Positions 52,096-64,000 of a stretch of 64,000 bases of DNA are shown here, one piece after another. The notes beneath the pieces were generated by a model. The model saw nothing but the letters and a program-made list of their open reading frames with translations, was not told where the DNA came from and did not search any database. Every line of letters starts with the position of its first letter. Position 1 is the first letter of the stretch. A program made the position numbers and the translations under genes. Source of the DNA: Eledone cirrhosa (taxonomy: Eukaryota); NCBI GenBank assembly GCA_964016885.1, contig CAXHJY010000519.1, positions 62,001-126,000 on the forward strand. The letters run 5' to 3'.

Positions 52096-52825
52096 GACAT
52101 GTTGAAAGATAGTGATACAGTAGAAGACATAAAGATCCATTTCATTGAACTTCTGATTCCATATATAGGGAATATTTGAAAGAAAACAAAAAAGAAAACA
52201 TTTGAAAGTTCAAAATCAATAAATATATAAAACAGTAGATAAAATATTAAATGTGAACTGTAAATCAATAAATTTATTCGATCATTAGCAGGTTTTATTC
52301 TTTACAAGGCAACATGCAAAAATCAATACGTGGAATTTTATGGAATATCTATCTCTCTGTCCCTCTCGCTTACTCTTACATACGTGTGTATATATATATA
52401 CACACACATACATATATACACATACAAGCATGCATATGTACACACACACACATACACACAGGTATGGATTGTGTATGTATATGCATATATGATGCATGTA
52501 TACGTATGCTTATATATGTAGATATATATGCATGTATATGTATGTTTATGTATATATATTATAAAGAGTTGAGTCCCGACTCTTTATAATACAATCACTA
52601 TACCAAGTATTGAGTACTCTGTTGAGTAAGGGTCTGACTAGTTTCAAACTGAATCCATCCTGAGAGAAGGCAACATGAATGGGCCTATTATTTTTCTCTG
52701 AAAACATTTCTTCTGATTCCTCCCTGCCTGTCTCTCCAATCTTTCTAATTCTTTCTTCTGATGAAGGACTAGCATCCAAAACGTTAAGACCCTCTTCCTG
52801 CTATTTCAAGCGTTAACCTAATATA

Positions 52826-53015
52826 TAAGACGTGGTAGAGGTAGATCACGAAAAACATGGGCGGAGGTGGTGAGAACAGACCTCCGATCATTGAAGCTCA
52901 CGGTGGAGATGACGAGGTACCGTGACGAGTGGAGAGATGCTGTGCTGAATAAGACCCGTCCCACCCTTGCAAGCAGGGAAAAGCGGACGTAAAATGATGA
53001 TGATGATGATGATGA
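52826..53015 (+). mobile_element. RTE 3' fragment inserted into a hammerhead-bearing element
   Basis: Nearly identical to 3750-3930; host sequence matches 46500-46700. Confidence 0.85.
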
Positions 53016-53149
53016 TTCCTTCCATATACTGTACCGATTGTGTTGTTATTTCTGTTTACCTTTTACACATATATATATTATATATATGTATCTATATAAT
53101 ATATATTATACATATGTATAATATATATTATATATATGTATAATATATA

Positions 53150-53406
53150 TTATTTTCCAGAAATTTCAAGGCATATTATGCACATAAAAAAAAGTCATTT
53201 TCTTGATCCCCTAGGGCCCACATTATGTGAAAACCTGCATTTTTCCTGCTTCATTGAGGAAAATCTTAAAGATTATCCAGCCATCAGAGTATTCGGTTTA
53301 TTTTCTTTACATATTGTCCAGGCATGCAGTTTTTCCACGATTAGGTCTGTTGGCGGCCCGCGTTCCAAAATACCTTATCCTGTGCAACACTGGGTACCAC
53401 TGCTAG
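53150..53406 (+). mobile_element. Helitron-like 3' end
   Basis: Degenerate hairpin cctgtgcaacactggg followed by taccactgCTAG-T. Confidence 0.5.
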
Positions 53407-53772
53407 TATTATATATATATATATATATATAATATAATATATATATGTATATATATTTGTGTATATACACATATATGTGTGTGTGTGTGTATATGTGTGT
53501 GTATGTCTATATGACACAAGCCAGATATTTACAAGAGCCCTCAATCCATTTTCATTTCCGTTCTTTTTCTCCTCTCTCCCTCCCTTTCTCTCTCATTCCT
53601 CTTCTCCCTCCCTTTCTCTCTATTTCTTTATCATACCCCCCCTCTCTCTCCTCTCCTTCTTCCTCCCTCTGTTTCAACATCTACTGATGTTTTCTTTCCC
53701 TTACATACGCCCCCCCCCATGAAACCATCGCCCCCCCCCCCCCCCGCCTCACACCTATTGTTGATTATATGT

Positions 53773-54045
53773 GTTGTTGTTGTTGTTGTTGTTGTTGTTT
53801 TTGTTTTTGTGGTTGTTGCTGTTTTTGTTGTTGTTGTTGCTGCTGCTGTAGTTGTAGTAGTTGTTGTAGTTGTTATTGTTAATATTGCGGCTGTTGTAGT
53901 TGTTGTTGTTGTTGTTGTTGATATTGCTGCTGTTGTAGTTGTAGTAGCTGCTGCTGCTGCTGCTGTTGCTGTTGTTGTTGTTGTTGTTGCTGTTGTTACT
54001 GTTGCTGCTGTTGTAGTAGTAGTAGTTGTGGTTGTTACTGTTGCT

Positions 54046-54080
<35 letters not shown>

Positions 54081-54131
54081 TGTTGTTGTTACTGTTGTAG
54101 TAGTTTTTGCAGTTGTTTTTATTGTTGTTGT
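53773..54131. repeat. (GTT/GTA/GCT)n array
   Basis: Direct reading. Confidence 0.95.
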
Positions 54132-54388
54132 TTAACTTCTCTCTATAACTTACACAGTAAAAATATTGCAAGTGTACTTTTAAACTTCAGGTTAATGAAA
54201 TTTTAAGAAATATTAAATTAATTGACATTTTTCTTTCTCTAATGTAATTAAAGCTATTTCTTTATTTACTAATATGATTCCTCCTCTCTCACTCTATTAG
54301 ACATTTCTGTGTTACAAGTCAATGGGGCACCTGCCATAATATACAAGGTCTTTGCTTTTGTTTTAGAAAACATTATTCAGTATTATTA

Positions 54389-54755
54389 TCCCGCCGAGGT
54401 CAACTTTGCCTTTCATCCTTACGGGGTCGATAAAATAAAGTACCAGTAATGCACTGGGGTAATTGCTGGCCTTGTGCCTAAAGTAGAAACAATTATTAAA
54501 GTCATTGTTTCTACTTTTGTACTGGTACTTTATTTTATCGACCCCGTAAGGATGAAAGGCAAACGGTTGATTGGCAGTATCGGTAGAGCGTCGGACGCCA
54601 TGCTTTGATGCATAGAGTTACGGCCCTTGCCATTCTGAGTTCAAATCCCGCCGAGGTTAACTTTGCCTTTCATCCTTACGGTGTCGATAAAATAAAGTAC
54701 CAGTAATGCACTGGGGTAATTGCTGGCCTTGTGCCAAAAGTAGAAACAATTATTA
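54389..54755 (+). mobile_element. SINE C cluster with an inverted internal fragment
   Basis: Partial copy, inverted piece at 54505-54563, then a full copy. Confidence 0.8.
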
Positions 54756-55069
54756 AAGTCATTAGAACGTCAGATAGAATGCCTTGCAGTATTTGTTTTG
54801 GCCCTCTGCTCTCTCAGTTCTAACCCTACCAATGTTAACTTTGCATTTCATCCTTTTGAGGTCGATAAATAAAAGTACCAGTCTAATACTGGGGTTGATT
54901 CTTCCTCTGTATCTCTTTCTCATTTTCTCTCTGTCATATGCTATCCTTCTCTGGGAGAAATCTGCGCTGTTCAGACCTGGAGAGGGATGGGCTTGCCAGG
55001 CTTCAAATGACCAAAAAATACTATGCCACTATGTCCCTATGACTCCATCAGGAGTTACGGGACCACACT

Positions 55070-55495
55070 ATATCATACCATACAATACTATACTGTACAA
55101 TACTATACCATACTATACCGTACCGTACAATACTATACTGTACAATACTATACCATACTATACCATACAATACTATACAATACTATACCATACCATACCA
55201 TACAATACAATACTATACAATACTATACCATACTATACTATACAATACTGTACAATACTATACCATACTATACCATACAATACTGTACAATACTATACCA
55301 TACCATACCATACCATACCATACCATACTATACTGTACGATACTATACCATACTATACCATACTGTACCGTACCATACCATACAATACTGTACAATACTA
55401 TACCATAGCATACCAACCATACCACACCATACTATACTGTATGATACTATACCATACTATACCATACTATACTATACCATACCATACTATACTGT
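55070..55495. repeat. Pentanucleotide (TACCA/TACTA/TACAA/TACTG)n array
   Basis: Direct reading. Confidence 0.95.
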
Positions 55496-55530
55496 AATTT
55501 CTTTAGAAATACGAAATTCCAATACATATC

Positions 55531-55644
<114 letters not shown>

Positions 55645-55849
55645 TACAGACAGGCACAAACACACATATAGATGTGTGAGTCTGAATGTGTAAACATATG
55701 AGAATGTGAGACAATTGCTCCCTAATTGCAGCTACAAGAAAGAGCTTGGTAACATGTAAACAGATCTCAGTTCATTATTTCTGTATTGGTTGAAGAGATG
55801 TCTCTGGTGTTAATTGGGTCACTGAGTTCATGAAAACATCTCTTTTCTT

Positions 55850-55881
<32 letters not shown>

Positions 55882-55929
55882 GTGCGTGTGCGTGTGCACA
55901 TATATATGTATATATGTACGTATACACGT

Positions 55930-56185
55930 GGAAGCCTGTGGCCTAGTGGTAAGGGTGTTGGACTTACGATCATAATGTTTTGGGTTCGATTCCTGTTGTG
56001 TTCTTGAGCAAAACACTTCATTTCACGTTGCTCCAGTATACTCAACTGAAAACGAGTACCAGCAATAGCTGGGGTTTTAACCCTGCGATGGACTTGGGTG
56101 CTCTCCAGGGGGGAAGTGTTGTACTCTCAGTCGCTTCAGGCCATGAAACCGGGATAAACACCGGCCAAATGAGTCTTCTGGTTTA
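55930..56185 (+). mobile_element. SINE family D
   Basis: A box tggcctagtgg and B box gggttcgattcc. Confidence 0.82.
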
Positions 56186-56324
56186 AGACAGACTTTAGAC
56201 TTTAGATGTAGATATATGCAGGTGTATTTCTGCATTCAGTGAACCATCCCTCGATAATGCACTACCCAGGTAAACAAACGTGCCAACTACCTCCAACCTA
56301 GTTCCATGCACCATTATATTTGGC

Positions 56325-56819
56325 TCAATATATGCTTCCCCTGGTGATGGGGTGGATAGACCTTAGTCTTTTAGGATTAATTTTCATGACAAAGGCATTA
56401 CAAGAAGCTGCAAAACAATCCATGTGTTGCATGTCATCTTGAGAGTGAGCCAGAAAGTCAACATCGTCTGCATATAGGAGTTCTCTAAGTAGTATTTGGA
56501 ACACCTTGGACTTGAAATTGAACCTTCTTAGGTCAAAGATTCTTCCTGTGGTTCTAACTTGCAATAGAACACCTTTTGCACAGTCCTGAAATGCATGAGT
56601 GAGCATCACAGCAAATATTGAAAACAGTGTGGGAGCTGGGATATCTCCCTGCTTTATGCCAATATCAACTGGGATTTCATTGGACAATTCTCTATTCAAG
56701 ACAACCCGTGCCTTCATATTTCTGTGCAGTCGGACAAACATACCAATGAACTTTGGTGGGCACCCTATTTTCCCTCGTATTTTCCACAGTGCACCTCTGT
56801 TCACCGTATCAAAGTCCAT
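56325..56819 (-). pseudogene. RTE/BovB-like reverse transcriptase fragment
   Basis: Translates FDTVNR.ALWKI..KIGCPPKF...GIKQG.IPAPTLFSI...LLYADD. Confidence 0.88.
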
Positions 56820-56914
56820 TTGTCAGAACAACAAAAATGGCAAGTGGATAACTAAATTAATTTATTTTTTAACATAGTTCCTGGAAAGAAACAATACAGT
56901 TACTAATAAGAATA

Positions 56915-57310
56915 AAACCAGAGGCAATTTTAGGCAGTTTGGTGTGAAGAGGTGTGAGAGGGGAAGGAGTTTAGAAATAAAACCAGGGGCAGTTTCAGGT
57001 GGTTTGGTATGAGGACAGGGGAAAGGGTTTAGAATTAAAACCAGGGGCAGTGACAGGTGGTTTGGTAAGGAGGTGTGAAAAGGGGTTTAGGAATAAAACC
57101 AGGGGTAGTTTCAGGTGGTTTAGGAATAAAACCAGGGGTAGTTTTAGGTGGTTTGGTATGAGGACAGGGGAAGGGGTTTAGAAATAAAACCAGAGGTAGT
57201 TTCAGGTGGTTTATGAATAAAACCAGGGGTAGTTTTAGGTGGTTTATGAATAAAACCAGGGGTAGTTTTAGGTAGTTTGGTATGAGGAGGTGTGACAAGG
57301 GAAGGGGTTA
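56915..57310. repeat. Irregular minisatellite
   Basis: Recurrent aataaaaccaggggtagttt(c/t)aggtggttt. Confidence 0.85.
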
Positions 57311-57659
57311 AGCCGGTTACTTTTATATTAGTATATTAGTGTATGCTAGAGAAGAAAAAAGATTTATTTTGCCAAAATTATGATTGATTCTATTGATTTC
57401 TGTATCTTGGTAAGCACTCAGCAATGTCATTAGGACGGTGTCGATGGCTTTGGGCTATATACTATGTGGAGGAAATAAGCAACTGCAACTGTGAAGGAGT
57501 TTCTGTGATGACCTAAAATTTCAGGGCTAAAATCATGTTAAGTATTAAATGGCTTTCTACCTGCCAAAGAAACTGTTTAATTTTGACAACAGAATCTCTA
57601 GACAAGAGTTGTTACAATCTGGTGGATTGTCTGTCTGGTTTGTTTTGTGTTTCTGGAAC

Positions 57660-58045
57660 ACACACATACACACACAAACACAAACACATGCACATAAACA
57701 CAACACACTCACACATACGCACACAAACACACACACTCACACAAACACACTCGCACACACAAACACACCTACACACAAACACACGCACACACAAACATAC
57801 ATGCCCACAAAAAACACACGCACTCAAACACACTGACACACAAACACGCAAACACACTCCCACATATGTACACAAACACCAATGCACTCGCACACAAACA
57901 TACACGCTCACAAAGACATTCACACATACGCACACAAACACACCCACACAAACACATAAAGAACATCACACTCACATAAATACAAATACAGGCATACCCA
58001 CTCACATAAAAACACACACAAACACCCCTACATACACACAAATGC
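57660..58045. repeat. Degenerate (CA)n
   Basis: Direct reading. Confidence 0.9.
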
Positions 58046-58164
58046 AAACGCTGCAGCCTTCTGTATATGTATGTATGAGAGGGGGGGATATGTGCATATA
58101 GATGTATTCATATATTCATATATGCATCTTTCTTTCTCTTTCTATGCATATATACATCTAAAGT

Positions 58165-58437
58165 CTGTCTTAAGCCAGAAGCCTCATTTGGTCGGTGCTT
58201 ATCTCGGTTTCATGGCGTGAAGCGACTGAGAGTACAAGACTCCCCCCTGGACAGGACACCAGTCCATCACAGGGTTAAACTCCCAGCTATTGCTGGTACT
58301 CATTTTCAGCTGAGTATACTGGAGCAACGTGGAATGAAGTGTTTTGTTCAAGGACACAACACGCAACCCAGGATTCGAACCCAAAACATTATGATCGTAA
58401 GTCCAACACCCTTACCACTAGGCCACGTGCCTCCACT
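58165..58437 (-). mobile_element. SINE family D
   Basis: Reverse-complement homolog of 55930-56185. Confidence 0.82.
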
Positions 58438-58781
58438 GCATATATGTATATATTGCTTAGAGTGTTGGGTTTACAATCGTGAGATTGTGAGTTCGATTCT
58501 CGGACCAGGTGATGCGTTGTTTCCTTGAGCAAGACACTTTATTTCACGTTGCTCCAGTTTACTCAGCTGTAGAAATGAGTTGCGACGTTACTGGTATGAA
58601 TCTGTATCGGACATTGCCTTTACTTTAGACAACATCATATATAGTGTATATATATAGTGTATATATACTGTACACACATATATATATATATATATAGTAT
58701 ATATGGTGTATATATATATGTTGATGTTACTGGAGCCAAGCTGTATTGGCCATTACCTTTCCCTTGGACAATATCATATAT

Positions 58782-58970
58782 AATTGTTTCTACGTTAGGC
58801 ACAAGGCCAGCAATTACCCAGTGCATTACTGGTACTTTATTTTATCGACCCCGTAAGGATGAAAGGCAAAGTCACCCTCGGCGGGATTTGAACTCAGATC
58901 GTAAAGGGACGTAACTATGCTGGAAAGCATGGCGTCCGACTCTCTACCGATACTGCCAATCCACCGCCCT
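58782..58970 (-). mobile_element. SINE family C
   Basis: Full reverse copy. Confidence 0.88.
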
Positions 58971-59535
58971 AATATCATATATAATGTATATATACTGTAC
59001 ATATATATCATCATCATCATCGTTTAACGTCCATCTTCCACGCTTGCATGGGTTTGGAAGGGACTTTTCCCACTTGAGGCATGAGTGGTTGTCTTGCTCG
59101 CATAGGACTGTCTGGCGGGTTTTCTACAGCTGGATGCCCTTCCTAACACCAACCACGTTTACAGTGTGGACTGGGAGGTTTTTACCGTGTTACCTACATA
59201 TATATATAGTATATATTGTGTATATATATATTGTGATGTCACTGGTGCCAAGCTGTATCGGCCATTATCTTTCCCTTGGACAATATCATATATAATGTAT
59301 ATATACTGTACATATATATATATATATATAGTATATATTGTGTATATATATATTGTGATGTCACTGGTACCAAGCTGTATTGACCATTGCCTTTCGCTTG
59401 GACATCATCAGTGACAATTTATTATTGTTGTTGATCTCACAGAATTTGTTTTGCCAATAATATTAGAATCACTAATCACAGTAAGTATTTAAAAAATATA
59501 TCGAGTTTTGAATAAAATTTCATTAGTTTCTTTAA

Positions 59536-59563
59536 CCCGGCCAACACCGGGTACTTCTGCTAG
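59536..59563 (+). mobile_element. Helitron 3' terminus
   Basis: Hairpin CCCGG-ccaaca-CCGGG, then tacttctg-CTAG followed by T. Confidence 0.65.
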
Positions 59564-59616
59564 TAGTTAATAAATGAAACAAAATGAAACACAGGAAGCA
59601 AAATTACAGTTATATT

Positions 59617-59692
<76 letters not shown>

Positions 59693-60002
59693 ATATGTAT
59701 ATATATGTGTGTGTATATGTATATATATGTGTGTGTATATGTATATATATGTGTGTGTGTGTGTAAAGATGTATGTATGTATGTATATGTCTCCTTATGA
59801 ATTATATTTAGGCTGAATAAACAGTCTTACATGTTATAGCTATTGTGATATCTATGTATGCTTTCATCTCTCTCTCTCTCCCCTCTCTCCCCCCTCCCCC
59901 CTCTCTCTCTCTCTATATATATATATATATCAAGAGAGAGATAGAGAGAGAGAGTGTGTGTGTGTGAGGGAGAGAGAATGAGAGAGTGTGTGTGAGAGGG
60001 AG

Positions 60003-60038
<36 letters not shown>

Positions 60039-60289
60039 TGTGTGAGAGAGTGTGTGTGAGAGAGAGTGTGTGTGAGAGGGAGAGAGAGTGTGCGTGGGAG
60101 AGAGAGAGTGTGTGTGTGAGAGAGAGAGTATGTGTGAGAGGGAGAGAGTGTGTGAGAGAGAGTGTGTATGTGAGAGAGGGAGGGGGAGAGATAGAGAGAG
60201 AGAAAACCATAAATTGATAAATAGATGAAATATGTACAAATATAAAGAAAATGAGAAAAAGAAGGAGAGAAATAGAGAAATGAATGGAA

Positions 60290-62010
60290 ACAACAACAAC
60301 AACAACAACAGCAATAACAACAACAATAACAACAACAACAAGAGCAACAACAACAATAACACCACCACCACCATCTACACCACCACCACCACCACCATCA
60401 CCACCACCAACACCATCACTACCATCATTACCACCACCACCATCATCACCACCACCACCACCACCACCACCACCACCACCATCACCACCACCACCACCAT
60501 CACCACCACCACCACCATCACCACCACCACCACGACCACCATCACCACCACCACCACCACCACCACCACCATCACCACCACCACCACCACCACCACCATC
60601 ACCACCACCATCACCACCACCATCACCACTACCACCACCACCACCACCACCACCACCATCACCACCACCACCACCACCACCATCACCACCACCACCACCA
60701 CCACCACCACCATCACCACCACCACCACCACCACCACCATCACCACCACCAACACCATCACTACCATCATTACCACCACCACCATCACCACCACCACCAC
60801 CACCACCACCACCACCACCACCACCATCACCACCACCACCACCATCACCACCACCACCACCATCACCACCACCACCACCACCACCATCACCACCACCACC
60901 ACCACCACCACCACCATCACCACCACCACCACCACCATCACCACCACCATCACCACCACCATCACCACCACCACCACCACCACCACCACCACCACCATCA
61001 CCACCACCACCACCATCACCACCACCACCACCACCACCATCACCACCACCACCACCACCACCACCACCATCACCACCACCACCACCACCACCACCATCAC
61101 CACCACCATCACCACCACCATCACCACTACCACCACCACCACCACCATCACCACCACCACCACCATCACCACCACCAACATCACCACCACCACCACCACC
61201 AACATCACCAAAACCACCACCACCATCACCACCACCATCACCACCACCATCACCACCACCACCGCCACCACCATCACCACCATCACCACCACCACCACCA
61301 CCACCACCACCACCACCACCACCACCACCACCATCACCACCACCAACATCACCACCACCACCACCACCATCACCACCACCACCACCACCACCACCACCAC
61401 CACCACCACCACCACCACTACCACCACCACCAACATCACCACCACCACCACCATCACCACCACCACCACCATCACCACCACCACCACCACCACCACCATC
61501 ACCACCACCATCACCACCACCACCATCACCACCACCACCACCAACACCACCACTACCACCACCACCAACATCACCACCACCATCACCACCACCATCACCA
61601 CCACCATCACCACCACCATCACCACCACCACCATCACCACCAGCACCAACATCACCACCACCACCACCACCACCAACATCACCACCACCACCACCACCAC
61701 CACCACCACCATCACCACCATCACCACCACCACCACCACCACCATCACCACCACCACCAACATCTACACCACCACCATCATCACCACCACCAACATCACC
61801 ACCACCACCACCACCACCAACATCACCAAAACCACCACCACCATCACCACCACCATCACCACCACCACCACCATCACCACCACCACCACCACCACCACCA
61901 CCACCACTACCACCACCAACATCACCACCATCACCACCACCTCCATCACCACCACCTCCATCACCCCCCCCCCCCCACCATCACCCCCCCCCCCCCCCCA
62001 CCACCCCACA
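60290..62010. repeat. (CAC/CAT)n array
   Basis: Direct reading; source of the poly-Thr and poly-Pro ORFs. Confidence 0.96.
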
Positions 62011-62129
62011 TCAACAGTCTATATCTTTAATATTAATATGTTGTTTCATAGAAATGTTTTTTTTTATTAATATATTTTTCCTAATGATATTTTAGTGTTT
62101 GATAGTAAATACCGACAGAAGAGTACGTG

Positions 62130-63300
<1,171 letters not shown>

Positions 63301-63377
63301 CATAACTAAAACAAAAAAAAAGAAAGAAAAGAATAAGGAAACATGAGACGAGGTGAGACTAGGCCAGCATTATTGTG

Positions 63378-63570
63378 TGGCAGTGGATTGGCAGTATCGG
63401 TAGAGAGTCGGACACCATGCTTTCCAGCATAGTTACGGCCCTTTACGATCTGAGTTCAAATCCCGCCGAGGTTGACTTTGCCTTTCATCCTTACGGGGTC
63501 GATAAAATAAAGTACCAGTAATGCACTGGGTAATTGCTGGCCTTGTGCCTAAAGTAGAAACAATTATTGT
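63378..63570 (+). mobile_element. SINE family C
   Basis: Full copy. Confidence 0.88.
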
Positions 63571-64000
63571 GTGGCAGATATTGGGTGAAGTTCATAGAAC
63601 ACACACATACACACACACACACATACATATATACACACACATACACACACACATATATATACACACATACACACATACACACACACACACACAAACACAT
63701 ACACACACATACACACACATACACACACACACGCACACACATACACATACACATACACACATACACACACACACATACACACACACATATACACCCCCCA
63801 CACACATACACACATGCACACATACACACACACACACATACACACACATACCCCCCCAACACATATATATATATATATATATATATATGTAAAAGGATCG
63901 ATCGACTTTCGTCAAATCGGACCGAGGAAACAATGTTTCCGTCGGTCTTTCCAGTTGCTAATACTATCTATCGGTCGTAACTCCAGGTAGAAGGAGCAAC

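Noticed and set aside
60232-62095. Mucin-like or extensin-like ORFs of about 600 aa
   Set aside because: (CAC)n array open in several frames and both strands, with no signal peptide or unique domain
63890-64000. TA-flanked structured segment as another hammerhead
   Set aside because: Hairpins are present but there is no canonical CUGANGA core, and it is cut by the window edge

Overview
AT-rich, gene-poor, repeat-dense eukaryotic DNA. The repeat landscape suggests a cephalopod such as octopus, but this is an inference. No host protein-coding gene can be supported, and nearly all long ORFs are microsatellite artefacts. The clear features are: one intact tRNA-Ala(AGC) gene; a near full-length RTE-clade LINE broken by a single TAG; many RTE 3' fragments and RTE-tailed SINEs; CR1, Tx1-like, CRE-like and BovB-like LINE fragments; TTAA (piggyBac-like), pogo-like and Helitron non-autonomous DNA elements; and several minisatellites. 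The less obvious structure is: (1) at least nine type-I hammerhead ribozyme folds, from several sequence families, in short (TA)n-flanked modules that often form inverted repeats, consistent with Penelope-like pLTR insertions or retrozyme-like elements; (2) six same-orientation Tx1-like LINE 3' ends stacked in one (GATA)n array with target-site duplications; (3) a 38 x 64-bp satellite (2 x 19-mer higher-order repeat) that arose inside the endonuclease coding region of a CRE-like retrotransposon; (4) an inverted pair of tRNA-like Pol III promoters. Family assignments come from motif recognition, not database searches, and coordinates of degenerate repeats are approximate.
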